DNA of 62,165 bases, filler included, from Deltaproteobacteria bacterium (lineage in GTDB: Bacteria; JAUYMQ01): NCBI GenBank assembly GCA_030698575.1. It is 13 parts of 13 records of this genome, joined end to end, with 100 filler letters (N's around TTAATTAATTAA, not from the genome) between each part and the next. Parts side by side here need not be neighbours in the genome. Positions count along the whole stretch, not along the records: positions 39,353 to 46,058 come from JAUYMQ010000217.1; positions 46,159 to 49,037 come from JAUYMQ010000218.1; positions 49,138 to 52,074 come from JAUYMQ010000221.1; positions 52,175 to 55,331 come from JAUYMQ010000235.1; 9 more parts are not named here. The stretch is one strand, 5' to 3'. Below the pieces are notes generated by a model that did no database searches, was not told where the DNA came from, and was given only the letters and a program-made list of their open reading frames with translations. The position numbers and the translations under genes are program-made. Below are positions 43,435 through 53,864 of this stretch, in pieces. The stretch's first letter is position 1. Every line of letters begins with the position of its first letter.

Positions 43435-45114
43435 ATGAAGAAGGAGAGCACACGGGGCTGGGATGCGATCGTCATCGGTTCGGGGCTCGGGGGGCTGGCC
43501 TGCGCCGCGTACCTCTGCGCGGCGGGAAAGCGAACGCTCGTTCTGGAGGCGCACTACGTCGCCGGCGGGAACTCGCAGGTCTTCAGGCGGAAGATTCACG
43601 GCCGCGAGTACGAGTTTGACGTCGGCCTCCACTACATCGGCGAGTGCGGCCCCGACGGACTCATCAGCGGCATTCTCCGGGGCCTGGGGCTGGCCGAGCG
43701 CGTCGTTTTCCGGCCGCTGGAACGCGACGGCTACTCGACGCTCGTCTTTCCGGACTTCCGCTTCCGGGTTCCCGCGGGCTGGAAGAAATACCGCGAGAGG
43801 CTTCTCGAGACTTTCCCGGAGGAGAGAGAGTCGCTCGGCCGGGTCGTGGATATCATGATGGAGGTCAGCGCGGCGGGCCGCCTCATCCAGAACGGCGAAG
43901 TGACCTACGATCAGATCATCGAGAAGACACCGATCTTCATGCAGTGGGGCCTCAGGCCCGTCACGGAACTGTTCAGCGAGCATCATCTGTCTCCCCAGGC
44001 CTCGGCCGTTCTCCTGGGCGAGCAGGGCGATTATGCCGTGCGCCCCTCGAAAACTCCCGTCGCGCTGGCGGCCGGGCTCACCGATCACTACATGCGAGGC
44101 GCCTTCTATCCCGAGGGGGGCGGCCAGGTCCTCGCGGCCAGGCTCATCGAGGCCATCCGTGCCTACGGTGGCGAGGTTCGCACGAGAGCGCGCATCTCGA
44201 AAATACGCATCGAGAACGGAAAGGCGGTAGGCGTCGTCCTCGAAAAAACGGGAGAAACGATCGACGCACCCATCGTTGTGTCGAACGCCGATCTCAAGCG
44301 GACGGCCCTCGACCTGGTCGGCATCGAGCATTTTCGCCCGGACACCGTCGAGCGCATCCAGGCTTACCGGATGGCGCTCCCGCTCTTCATCGTTTACCTG
44401 GGACTCAAGATGGATCTCGCGGCGGCGGGTCATCCCAACACGAACTACTTCATCTGGGGAACTTACGACATCGAGGGCGTCTACGAGAAGATCGAGTCGG
44501 GGGAGATGTCCGAAAACATGGCCTACGTCACCACTGCGACCCTGAAAGATCCGACGAATCCCCATGTGGCGCCCGAGGGGTACACGAACCTCCAGGTGAT
44601 GACGCTCGTCCCGCGCGAGTACGCGATGTGGCACGTGGATCAGGGTCCCGCGGAAGCGGGCAACCGGTATCATCTGGACAAGGAATACCGGCGCCGCAAG
44701 GCCGAGCTGGCGGAGCGCCTCATCGGGGAGGCCGAGAGCGTCATTCCCGGCATCGGCAAGCACATCGACTGGCAGGAGACCGCGACGCCCGTCACCCAGG
44801 AGCGCTTCACGCGATCGACAGGCGGAACTTCCTACGGTATCGAGTTCGCCATCGACCAGTCGGGACCCATGCGCATGGGGACGCGAACCGAGATTCCGGG
44901 GCTGTTCCTCTGCGGCGCAAGCATGCAGTCGGGTCACGGCATCGGGGGGGTTCTCAGAAGCGGCGTTATGGCGGCAGGAGCGATTCTCGAAACCGATCTA
45001 CTACGGGCGGTTCAGCGGGGAGAGGTCTTCGGCGATTGCAATCTTCTTCCGGTGCTGACCGACGACTGGGACCCCTGGCGCGCGAGCCAGGTCCGTCCCG
45101 CAAAGGCTAGATGA
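43435..45114 (+). CDS. Phytoene desaturase/retinol saturase-like FAD oxidoreductase
   Basis: IGSGLGGL, FDVGLHY, YPEGG, ATPVT.ERFT...GG.SYG, GLFLCG. Confidence 0.85.
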   Translation: MKKESTRGWDAIVIGSGLGGLACAAYLCAAGKRTLVLEAHYVAGGNSQVFRRKIHGREYEFDVGLHYIGECGPDGLISGILRGLGLAERVVFRPLERDGYSTLVFPDFRFRVPAGWKKYRERLLETFPEERESLGRVVDIMMEVSAAGRLIQNGEVTYDQIIEKTPIFMQWGLRPVTELFSEHHLSPQASAVLLGEQGDYAVRPSKTPVALAAGLTDHYMRGAFYPEGGGQVLAARLIEAIRAYGGEVRTRARISKIRIENGKAVGVVLEKTGETIDAPIVVSNADLKRTALDLVGIEHFRPDTVERIQAYRMALPLFIVYLGLKMDLAAAGHPNTNYFIWGTYDIEGVYEKIESGEMSENMAYVTTATLKDPTNPHVAPEGYTNLQVMTLVPREYAMWHVDQGPAEAGNRYHLDKEYRRRKAELAERLIGEAESVIPGIGKHIDWQETATPVTQERFTRSTGGTSYGIEFAIDQSGPMRMGTRTEIPGLFLCGASMQSGHGIGGVLRSGVMAAGAILETDLLRAVQRGEVFGDCNLLPVLTDDWDPWRASQVRPAKAR

Positions 45115-46003
45115 GATTCTCGCGGAGAAATCCGGACTCCAGCTCGAGCGCCTTTTCGAGTCCGCTCCCGCTATAGACGTCGAAGTGCCCGAGGGGCAGC
45201 CGCGCGATCCGGCCGCGGGGCATCCGCGCCGCCGTCTTCTCGATCGCCCCGGGGTCAATGAGTGAATCCCGCTCGGCCATGACCAGGAGCGCCGGACAGG
45301 CCACGCGGGCAGCGGCGCTCAGCGGTCGGTAGAAGCCGACCAGCAGTGCGATGCGGGCGGGACACTCGTTCTTCCAGGCCGATCCGGGTGGAACGAGGGC
45401 CTCGTAGCCGGACATGGCATCCGGCGAGGCCAGGCAGGCGAGCGATCCCGGCTCACCGACCACCGGCATCGTGTAGGGGCGCCGGAAGGTGACTATCCGG
45501 AACAGATCGCGCAGGCCGGCCAGCGTCGAGCGTCCCACGTAGCCCGCGCCGAACATCCGCAGACTGGACCAGGGATCCACGAAGGGCACCTGGGCCACGA
45601 TGGCGCGGACGCCCGGATCTCGCGCGGCCGTCACGATCACGTGGCCGCCGCCGAAGGAGCTCCCCCACAGGGCGATTCGCTCCCTGTCGACGCCGGGCAT
45701 GCCGCGCACGTGGGCGATGGCCGCCCGCCAGTCCTCGAGATGCCGGAAGGGATTGACGAGATTGCGCGGTTCGCCTTCGCTCTCTCCGAAACAGCGGTAG
45801 TCGAAAACGAAGGCCGCCATCCCGTCCCGGGCGAAGCGCTCCGCGAAAGGAGCCAAGCCGAACTGTTTCTCGGCGCCGAAACCGTGGGCCATGATCACGA
45901 CGGGCGGATTGGCGGCCCCGGCTGGCCGGTAGAACCACGCCGCGCAGCGCGTGCCGCGGCTCGCGAAGCTCAGATCGCTTCGTTCGAACCCATTCGATTC
46001 CAT
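45107..46003 (-). CDS. Alpha/beta hydrolase
   Basis: MAHGFG, FDYRCFGES.G, nucleophile GSSFGG, GHFDVY. Confidence 0.88.
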   Translation of the reverse strand: MESNGFERSDLSFASRGTRCAAWFYRPAGAANPPVVIMAHGFGAEKQFGLAPFAERFARDGMAAFVFDYRCFGESEGEPRNLVNPFRHLEDWRAAIAHVRGMPGVDRERIALWGSSFGGGHVIVTAARDPGVRAIVAQVPFVDPWSSLRMFGAGYVGRSTLAGLRDLFRIVTFRRPYTMPVVGEPGSLACLASPDAMSGYEALVPPGSAWKNECPARIALLVGFYRPLSAAARVACPALLVMAERDSLIDPGAIEKTAARMPRGRIARLPLGHFDVYSGSGLEKALELESGFLRENLI

Positions 46004-46278
46004 ACCTGGCCTTCCGCGCTAAGCGCGACGCTTCTTCCGTTTCGCGGGCGCTACCTGTNNNNNNNNNNNNNNNNNNNNNNNNNNNNNNNNNNNNNNNNNN
46101 NNTTAATTAATTAANNNNNNNNNNNNNNNNNNNNNNNNNNNNNNNNNNNNNNNNNNNNGTTCCTGCCCGGCAGACTCCCGGCCCCGGCCGCCGCGCTAAC
46201 TTCCGTGTCCGCCGGCTGATCGAGTCCGGTTCACCAGATATCCGCCGGCAGCATGGTGAAGCCTGGCTCAGGCCGCCC

Positions 46279-47016
46279 GTGACCGAGAACGAGCTCTGCG
46301 TTCGCCATGCTCTGACGATGGAGCGATCATTCCCAATCGTCAGGCAGCCCGATCCGGAGAGGCGCGCGCCGGTCCTGGTGAGCGTGCCCCACTACGGCAC
46401 GCAACCGTTGCCGCAGATCACCCGGGACGATTACCGCGAGCCCTGGTTCGAAACCTTCGCCTACGGATATGCCGATACCTTCGTGGGCGATCTCTACGGC
46501 GACCTGCACGAGCACGGGGCAACCGTCCTCGCGACGCCGTTTTCTCGCATGGTCGTGGACGTCAATCGCCGCCGCGATGACTTCGAGCACCACGACGGCG
46601 AGGTGCACTCCCGGCGTGGGGTGGTGCGCACCCACACCATGCGCGATGCGCCCATCTTTGCGCGCCCGCTCGGGATCGCCGCCCTCGAAGAGCGGCGCCA
46701 GACGCTTTACGATCCCTACTACTCGATGCTGGAGCACCTGCTCGATCGCTCCGCCGAAGACCGGGCGAAGGAGCGGCTGCGCATCAACGAGCGCCTGAGG
46801 GACATGGCCCTGCCGGACGAGCTCACGGGGCTCCACACCTATCGCGACTTCGCCCAGCGGGCGGAGGCGGACGTCTCGCGCGCCACGCGGCACTCCCTGC
46901 CGCTCTCCCTGCTCTTCGTCGACATTGACGGCTTCAAGCTCGTCAACGGCACGTACGGCCACCCGGTGGGCGACCAGGGGCTGAAGGCGGTCGCGGACCT
47001 GCTGCGGGAGTCCGAT
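46279..47016 (+). pseudogene. Chimera: N-formylglutamate amidohydrolase N-half fused to a truncated GGDEF domain
   Basis: SVPHYG, SRMVVDVNR, YDPYY, then DELTGL, DIDGFK.VN.TYGH..GD; similarity breaks off before the GGDEF motif. Confidence 0.65.
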
Positions 47017-47361
47017 GCGGGGGCTCGCCACGCGCGAGGATCCCGGGGGGATCCGGCGCAGCCTCCGCCCCCTTGGGCTCCCGAGCGAGCCCGTGCCGCC
47101 CGCCCTCGCTCAGCCGCCTCCCGAGTGCGTCACCGATCTCGTCCCGGACACCGGCGCCTGCCCGTCGGCGCAACTCGGAGCGCAGCCCGTCAGCTGGCCG
47201 TGACACGCCGAGCGCGGGCACGCTTGCCCGTGGCCCTGCGGGGTGTCGCGCGGGGCGGGGTGTCGTCCATCGGGCGCCTGGAGCCTGGCCCGGCGGGCCT
47301 TCGAGCCGGCGGCCGGGTGAGCCATGCGCCGGGCCTGCGCCGAGAAGGGGCTGTGTGCCGC

Positions 47362-47880
47362 CTATCCTCGCTCCCTGCCGGAGAGGCCTTCCCCGCCCGG
47401 ACGGGGCCCGGTCAGCGCCTGCCAGATCCCGCTCACGGCATAGGCAATCATCAGGAGGCCGGCTACCGGCATGGAGGCGTAGGAGAGGCTCTTCGGGAAC
47501 CGGAGAAACGGGGTCGTCTCGGCGGAGAGCACCGCAACGCGCCACCCCTCGAAGGTGAGCACGACCGCGAAGAGCAGCATCAGCAGGCGGACGAACAGCG
47601 CGACGACCCAGGCGAGCCGCCGCGGCAGCCGGTCGGCCAGGACCTCCACACGGTAGAGGGACCCCTCGCGCCAGATCAAGGCGGCGCCCAGGAAGGTCAT
47701 CCAGGCGACCAGGAGCTCGACGATCTCGTCGTAGCCAGCCAGCGAGAGGCTGGGGAAGGTACGCACCAGGATGCCGAGGGTGAGCAGCACCGTGATGCCG
47801 ACGAGCGCCAGGATCACGGCGGCGCGCGCGCCGCGCTGCACCCAGCGATCGATGCGAACGATGGTCTGTCGCACGCTCAC
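47362..47880 (-). CDS. dctQ: TRAP transporter small permease
   Basis: DEIVELLVAWMTFLGA, TPFL, four TM helices; GTGA overlap with dctM. Confidence 0.8.
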   Translation of the reverse strand: MSVRQTIVRIDRWVQRGARAAVILALVGITVLLTLGILVRTFPSLSLAGYDEIVELLVAWMTFLGAALIWREGSLYRVEVLADRLPRRLAWVVALFVRLLMLLFAVVLTFEGWRVAVLSAETTPFLRFPKSLSYASMPVAGLLMIAYAVSGIWQALTGPRPGGEGLSGRERG

Positions 47881-48706
47881 CCCTTCGCGAAGCCGATCGT
47901 CCGGGGCAGAAACATCACGAGGTCCGGGCAATAGGTGACGACGCCGAGGACCCCGATCAGCGCCACGACGTACGGCCACATCTCGAGAAACATCTCCCCC
48001 ATGGAGACATTGCTGATCGCGGACACCGCGTAGAGACACATCCCCACGGGCGGGGTGACCAGGCCGATCATCAGGTTCAGCACCACGATGACGCCGAAGT
48101 GCGTGGGATCCACCTGCACCTGCTGGATCAGCGGGAGGAAGATGGGGAAGGTGATGATCATGATGGCGATCCCCTCGATGAACATCCCGAGGACGAGGAG
48201 GATCACGTTGACCATCAGGAGGATCACCCACGGCGTGGTCGAGATGTCGAGGATGGTGTTGATGATGGCGTTCGGGATCTGCTGCTGGATCAGGACCCAG
48301 CCGAAAGGGGCTGCCGCGGCGATGATGAACATCACCTGCACGGTCTGCTTGATGGAGTCCCACAGGACGCCGGCGAGGTCGGCCGGCCTCAGCTCGCGGT
48401 AGAACACCAGCCCGAGGAACAGCGCGTACAGCGAGGCGACCACGGCCGCCTCGGTCGGGGTGAACCACCCGCCGAGGATGCCGCCCACGATGAAGACCGG
48501 CATGATGAGCGCCGGCAGGGCGCCAAGGAACACCCGGACCGCCTCCCGGCCCGACGGCCGCGTCGTCGTGCGGGGCAGGTTCTTGCGCCGGGCGACGAGG
48601 GCGATCACCGCCATGAGGGCGACCCCCATGAGCAAGCCGGGAATGATGCCCGCCAGGAAGAGGTCCCCGACCGAGACGTTGGTCAGGCTCCCGTAGATGA
48701 TGTAGC
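47877..48706 (-). pseudogene. dctM: TRAP large permease lacking its N-terminal third
   Basis: Similarity begins abruptly at IIYG...VSVGDLFLAGIIPG; FTPTEAA, IGLVTPPVG. Confidence 0.75.
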
Positions 48707-48787
48707 CGCGAGGCCGGCCTCGGTCAATGCCGATCTTGCGAGGATCGAGCGAGCGACGGTGTTGCGGAACGGCTATACTCGAGAGCC

Positions 48788-49037
48788 ATGAGCAAGGTCG
48801 CGCTGGTCACGGGGGCCTCACGCGGGATCGGACGCGCCATCGCGCAGGCGCTGGCCGATGCCGGCTACGCCGTCGTGGTCAACTTCGCGTCCCGCCAGGG
48901 CGACGCCGGCGTCACCACCGCGGCCATCGCAGCCGCCGGGGGAACGGCCATCGCCGTGCAGGCGGACGTGAGCGATCCGGACGCCGTGGCGCGGATGTTC
49001 GCGGCGGTGGACGCGCGGTTCGGGCGCCTGGACGCGC
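48788..49037 (+). CDS. SDR/FabG-like oxidoreductase, N-terminal fragment
   Basis: ALVTGASRGIG, QADVSD. Confidence 0.85.
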
Positions 49038-49138
49038 NNNNNNNNNNNNNNNNNNNNNNNNNNNNNNNNNNNNNNNNNNNNTTAATTAATTAANNNNNNN
49101 NNNNNNNNNNNNNNNNNNNNNNNNNNNNNNNNNNNNNA

Positions 49139-49606
49139 GCAGAGTTCAAGAAACTCGACGGCTTGCTCAGGGTCATCGAAGCGCAATACCCCGAGGGCGC
49201 GCTCTCCGTCACTTCCCCCGGGTCCGGCGCAAAAGAGACGGGCGAGATGGAAAGTAGCCAGGGTGGTTCGGGCGATGGCCACGATCATGCTCGGCAGAAC
49301 GGAAGGGCGAAGGCGGATGTGCCGTCAAACGCGCAACGGATCGACGTCGTTGCGAGTGACTTCCGTTTCGAACCTCAAGAGGTCGTTGTGAGGGCGGGTG
49401 TGCCAGTGGCCCTCACGATCAGCAACCAGGGAAAGAATGAGCACGCTTGGGTCATTTCCGCGCAATCGGACGTCCACCTTCACGTACTGCCGGGAGGGCA
49501 GCAAACACAGGTCTTCACGATCGAGAATCCCGGGGAATATAAGATCGCCTGCACCGTTCCAGGGCATGAGGAGCTGGGCATGGTGGGAAAGATCATCGTT
49601 CAATAG
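49139..49606 (+). CDS. Cupredoxin-domain protein (5'-partial)
   Basis: FEP, NEH, type-1 Cu motif CTVPGHEELGM. Confidence 0.8.
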   Translation, partial: AEFKKLDGLLRVIEAQYPEGALSVTSPGSGAKETGEMESSQGGSGDGHDHARQNGRAKADVPSNAQRIDVVASDFRFEPQEVVVRAGVPVALTISNQGKNEHAWVISAQSDVHLHVLPGGQQTQVFTIENPGEYKIACTVPGHEELGMVGKIIVQ

Positions 49607-49691
49607 GCTTCCACGGTAGGCTGGCGCCCTTGATCTCACATCGCGCTTCGGGTTAACTACGTCTTTCCTCCCTCCGGCGAAGCGCGTGCAC

Positions 49692-50258
49692 ATGGGCGAT
49701 TCTTTAAGACGACTGGCGTCGGTGCTGCTCCTGATCGGGCTTGTCACGCCTTATAGCTGCGACGTGCGGCCGATCTCGACGCTCCGGGGCGAGTGGGCGG
49801 GCGTGCTCGCCGCTGGCATCCCGGTTCTCTGTCTCCTGATCTACGCGGTCCAGGCCCTCGTCGGTCCTGTTGCGGCGTTCATGCGGGCCCGGCGAAGGGT
49901 TTTCCAGCCCCTTTTCCTGGCGGTCCTGCTGGTTGTAACGGTCGTCTGGATAATCAGCCAGGTTCTGGAAGACACCCAGCACCCGGTGGTCCTGGCGGTC
50001 CTCGCCGGCTCCCTGCTCTGGAGCGGCACGCTGTTTGCCTTCGCCCTGCGCCGCGGAAAGCGCGAGTACCCGTTTCCACTCCTCCTGCTCGCGACCGCCG
50101 GCATTCCCGTCATCAACTACTTCTACTGGGAATATGACCGATTGAAATACGGCGCCTGGATCCTGACCGCCGGATATGCGCTCGCCGTTTTCGAGGAACT
50201 GCGAGAGCGGTCGCGGTCTGGAGAGCCGGCCCGGATTCACCACTCCCTTCCGGAGTAA
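49692..50258 (+). CDS. Hypothetical multi-pass membrane protein
   Basis: About six hydrophobic helices. Confidence 0.55.
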   Translation: MGDSLRRLASVLLLIGLVTPYSCDVRPISTLRGEWAGVLAAGIPVLCLLIYAVQALVGPVAAFMRARRRVFQPLFLAVLLVVTVVWIISQVLEDTQHPVVLAVLAGSLLWSGTLFAFALRRGKREYPFPLLLLATAGIPVINYFYWEYDRLKYGAWILTAGYALAVFEELRERSRSGEPARIHHSLPE

Positions 50259-50319
50259 TCGCCGCCTGTGGCGGTGTCAATTGAAGAGGCCGAACACAGA
50301 GGGAGGCATAGAGGGAAAT

Positions 50320-51459
50320 ATGGATTTCAGCCTTTCTGAAGAAGAGGTGATGTTCCAGAAGACCGTGAAGGACTTCTGCGAACGTGTCGTGGGTCCCTAC
50401 GTGGAGCCCGCCGAGGAAGCTGAGCAGTTCCCGAAGGAGCTGTACAAGCGCCTCGGCCAGCAGGGCTACATCGCCATGACTTACCCGGAGGACGTCGGCG
50501 GCGTTGGCGCTTCAAAAATCATGGAGTGCATCTTCGTCGAGGAGCTGACGCGCGTGAGCGCCGGCATCGCCGCGGGCTTCCTGGTGCAGCAGAGCCTGGC
50601 GACCTATCCGCTGCTGGCACTCGGAAACGATACGCAGAAGAAGCAGTATCTCGTCCCCGCGCTGCGGGGCGAGCTGGTGGGCGCCTTTGCACTCTCCGAG
50701 CCCGGCGCGGGATCCGACGCGGCGGGCATCAAGAGCACGGCCCGGCGCGACGGCGGCGACTACGTCATCAACGGCGCCAAGACCTTCATCACGAACGGCA
50801 CCATCTGCGACTACGCCCTCGTCGTCGCCTACACCGATCCGTCGAAGCGCGGTGAGGGGATGGCCTTCTTCATCGTCGACCGCGACAACCCGGGCTTCAA
50901 GGGCGTGAAGAAGCTCCGCAAGATGGGGCAGCACTCGGCGGACACCGCCGAGATCACCTTCGAGGACTGCCGCGTGCCCGCTTCGGCGCTGCTCGGCCCG
51001 GAGACCGGCGGCTTCTCGATGGTCACGAAGAACCTGCGCGGCGGCCGGGTGATTTACGGCGCGCGGAGCTGCGGTGTGGCGCGTGCGGCATACGAGGCAG
51101 CGCTCGAGTACGCGAAGCATCGCGAGGCCTTCGGCCAGCCCATTGCGAAGTTCCAGCTCATCCGCTCGAAGCTTGCGCGCATGGCCATGGAGATCGACGT
51201 CGCGCGCACCTACACCTACAAGGTGGCCTGGATGCTCGATCAGGGGATCGAATGCATGAAGGAAGCCTCGATGGTGAAGCTTTTCGGCAGCGAGATGGCG
51301 CAGCGGGTGACCTGGGAGGCCGTGCAGATCCACGGCGGCTACGGCTACATGAAGGAGTATCCCGTCGAGCGTTACTTCCGCGACGCGCGGCTGCTCACGA
51401 TCCCGGAGGGGACGAGCGAGATCCACCTGTCGATCATCGCCAAGGGGATCGGCATCTGA
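50320..51459 (+). CDS. Acyl-CoA dehydrogenase
   Basis: LSEPGAGSD, NGAKTFITNG, QIHGGYGY, IPEGTSEI. Confidence 0.93.
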   Translation: MDFSLSEEEVMFQKTVKDFCERVVGPYVEPAEEAEQFPKELYKRLGQQGYIAMTYPEDVGGVGASKIMECIFVEELTRVSAGIAAGFLVQQSLATYPLLALGNDTQKKQYLVPALRGELVGAFALSEPGAGSDAAGIKSTARRDGGDYVINGAKTFITNGTICDYALVVAYTDPSKRGEGMAFFIVDRDNPGFKGVKKLRKMGQHSADTAEITFEDCRVPASALLGPETGGFSMVTKNLRGGRVIYGARSCGVARAAYEAALEYAKHREAFGQPIAKFQLIRSKLARMAMEIDVARTYTYKVAWMLDQGIECMKEASMVKLFGSEMAQRVTWEAVQIHGGYGYMKEYPVERYFRDARLLTIPEGTSEIHLSIIAKGIGI

Positions 51460-51959
51460 TGACTCCGCGAGGCGCCGTCCGGGCGCAGCGCGTGGCTCTG
51501 GCTGTGGTCACGGCCGCGCTCTTTCTCGCGCCGCTCACGGCCCGCGCCGATTGCCCGGCGATCCGTGTGATCCTCACCGGAACGGTCATCGAGGAACGCC
51601 TCGACCTGCCTCTCAGAAATTTCCCCATTGCAGTGCGCATGGAAGCGAAGGGGGAGGACGGGCTGCCGACCCTCACCTGGGAGGCCGTCGTGACCGACGT
51701 CGACGGGCGCTTCCGCTGGGAGCGGGAGTTTCCGGCCGAGCCCTGTCACGAAGGAGTGTTCGGGAAGCTGCGAGGGGCGATCTGGAGCTGGACCGTGAAG
51801 GCGCGGAGCCGGGCCTATCACCACGGCGCCGAGGGCCTGGCGATGCGGATAACGCTCAACACGGGCCCCCGACTCATCCCCATCGAGCGTGCCGAGATGC
51901 TCGATCGCCTCGATGAGAAGAGTCACACCGTCGAGATCGACATCGACGTGACGCTGTGA
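51459..51959 (+). CDS. Secreted hypothetical protein
   Basis: TGATG coupling; signal peptide ending ARA. Confidence 0.5.
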   Translation: MTPRGAVRAQRVALAVVTAALFLAPLTARADCPAIRVILTGTVIEERLDLPLRNFPIAVRMEAKGEDGLPTLTWEAVVTDVDGRFRWEREFPAEPCHEGVFGKLRGAIWSWTVKARSRAYHHGAEGLAMRITLNTGPRLIPIERAEMLDRLDEKSHTVEIDIDVTL

Positions 51960-52176
51960 GAACGAAGAGGGTTGGCTCCGAGAAATTGAATCGGCCGGCG
52001 CGTCTGATTGAGCTCGCGATCCGCATCACCCTGATTGCCATATGTGCTGGTTGTGTTTCCAAGGCAGGTGCCGGNNNNNNNNNNNNNNNNNNNNNNNNNN
52101 NNNNNNNNNNNNNNNNNNTTAATTAATTAANNNNNNNNNNNNNNNNNNNNNNNNNNNNNNNNNNNNNNNNNNNNCC

Positions 52177-52560
52177 CCCACGCGCTTCGACTGGGACCTG
52201 GACAGACTGGGTCCGCCACCCAAAGGATTTCCGCGCCGATCCATCGCTTTCGCCAAGATTTACGAACTGATTTCAGGAGCGCGCCTCGTAGGGCGTACGG
52301 GTCGCTTCAAGCCTGTCACTGCCGAGGTGGAGGTACGCACGAACCTGGGGAGACAGTTCATCTGGTCGTCCAGCACGCTCGCCGATGCTAGGGGAGAGTT
52401 CGAGTTGACCGTGCCATACTCGACAACTCAGCGCTGGCGAATTGGACGAACCGAAGGAACTGGCGACTACGTGATCCACTGCGGTGAAAAAGAAGTTAAT
52501 GTCGATGTGCCTGAGAAAGCGATTAACTCAGGAGAAACAATTGCGGTTTCTTGCGGATAG
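52177..52560 (+). CDS. C-terminal end of an AglB/STT3-like oligosaccharyltransferase
   Basis: KIYE..SGARL.G, V.V.TNLGR.F, D..GEFELTVPYST pattern; lower GC. Confidence 0.55.
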   Translation, partial: PTRFDWDLDRLGPPPKGFPRRSIAFAKIYELISGARLVGRTGRFKPVTAEVEVRTNLGRQFIWSSSTLADARGEFELTVPYSTTQRWRIGRTEGTGDYVIHCGEKEVNVDVPEKAINSGETIAVSCG

Positions 52561-52678
52561 AATTCTGCTTTCCCGGGGCCGCGCCTTCGGGATAGAAAAC
52601 TTCCTCCCAGCTCTTGTGCGACCAGGACTGCGTGCCGAGGTACAGGCGCGGGTGAACCTGTGCGGGGGGTGCGGCCAT
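52523..52678 (-). pseudogene. DUF72 N-terminal remnant
   Basis: LYLGTQSWSHKSWEEVFYP, then similarity is lost and the frame runs into the convergent gene. Confidence 0.55.
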
Positions 52679-52730
52679 GGGGGAATTATAGAACGGCGGG
52701 CGTTGAAGATCACAGGCATGGCCGGGAAGG

Positions 52731-53462
52731 CTAGCCGGACAGCGATGCTCCCGACGGCTCTTTTGCTCCGCGGCCTCCGGACCTCGCCAGCGCCTTCTGC
52801 CGCGAAAGCAGCTTCCTGGGGATGGTGAACAGGCCCGCCAGGAACACCAGGGGCGTCGCGAGCAGGACAAGGAAGACGAACATCAACCGCGCCGGCCCGG
52901 AGGCTTCGGCGTGGGGATGCCGAATCTGCTCGATCATCGCGGTGAGCTGAAGACGCGACCCCCACACCAGGTATTGGCGCGCCCGGGAGGCCAGCGCGGC
53001 GGGCTTCAGGGAGTAGAGCGACTTTCGGGTCTGCTCCACCTCCTCGCCCATGAGGTGCACGTGGGTCTTCAGCGTTCCAAACTCAGCGTAAGCTTCCTGG
53101 CCCTCGACGAATTCGAGGTTCATCTGGCTGCCGAGATCGCGATACGCGGATTCGCTCATGAGAAGGTACTCGTTGCCTTGAACACTGTTCTTGAGCAGCC
53201 GGTGCGTTAGGATCACATCAGGCCCTGAAACCTGCGCGCGACCGCCGATCGAATGGAACACCGCACTTCCGCTATGGACGATGACTTTCAGCGAGAGCTC
53301 CCCGGCGTTGGAGCAGACGGCACACTTGCAGGGGGTGGACTCCGAGGCGGTCACCATGCCTTCCAGGAAAACCTCGAAGAATCGCAGAAGCTTCGTCCGG
53401 ACCAGCACCAGGACATCCTGCCATCCGGCCTCGTCGCCGGGGTGCGCCGCGTAGAGGAAGCG
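52731..53462 (-). pseudogene. DUF2652 (nucleotide-cyclase-like) protein lacking its N-terminus
   Basis: C.C.VC...LSLKVIVHSG, GPDVILTHRLLKNSV; no ADISG/EGDA region and no good start after the SMR stop. Confidence 0.65.
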
Positions 53463-53487
53463 GGCGGCGCGATTCCGGGAACGCAGA

Positions 53488-53817
53488 TCAGTGAACGACA
53501 GATCTCGAGAAGACGTTCAGCACCACGACGCCCGCGACGATGAGGGCAAGCCCGAGGATGGCCGGCGCGTCGAGAGCCTGGCCGTAGAGCATCCAGGCGA
53601 TCACCGAGATGAGAAAGATCCCCACGCCGGACCAGACGGCATAAGCAACTCCGACGGGAATGCTTCGCAACGTGAGCGAGAGGAAGAAAAAGGCCAGGCC
53701 ATAGCCGGCGACGACGATGACCGAGGGGCCCAGCCGCGAGAAACCCTCGGCGGCCTTCAGCGCCGAAGTCGCCACCACCTCGGCGACGATTGCAATTCCC
53801 AGATATAGCCACGCCAT
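53488..53817 (-). CDS. SMR-family multidrug efflux pump (EmrE/QacE-like)
   Basis: [26 protein letters not shown]; four TM helices. Confidence 0.92.
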   Translation of the reverse strand: MAWLYLGIAIVAEVVATSALKAAEGFSRLGPSVIVVAGYGLAFFFLSLTLRSIPVGVAYAVWSGVGIFLISVIAWMLYGQALDAPAILGLALIVAGVVVLNVFSRSVVH

Positions 53818-53864
53818 TCGAAGAATCACTCCCAGGTGAGGCGGACCAGTCTAGCACGCGCGGC

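Noticed and set aside
47017-47934. C-terminal 300 aa of the 551-aa ORF
   Set aside because: Low-complexity read-through that is antisense to dctQ
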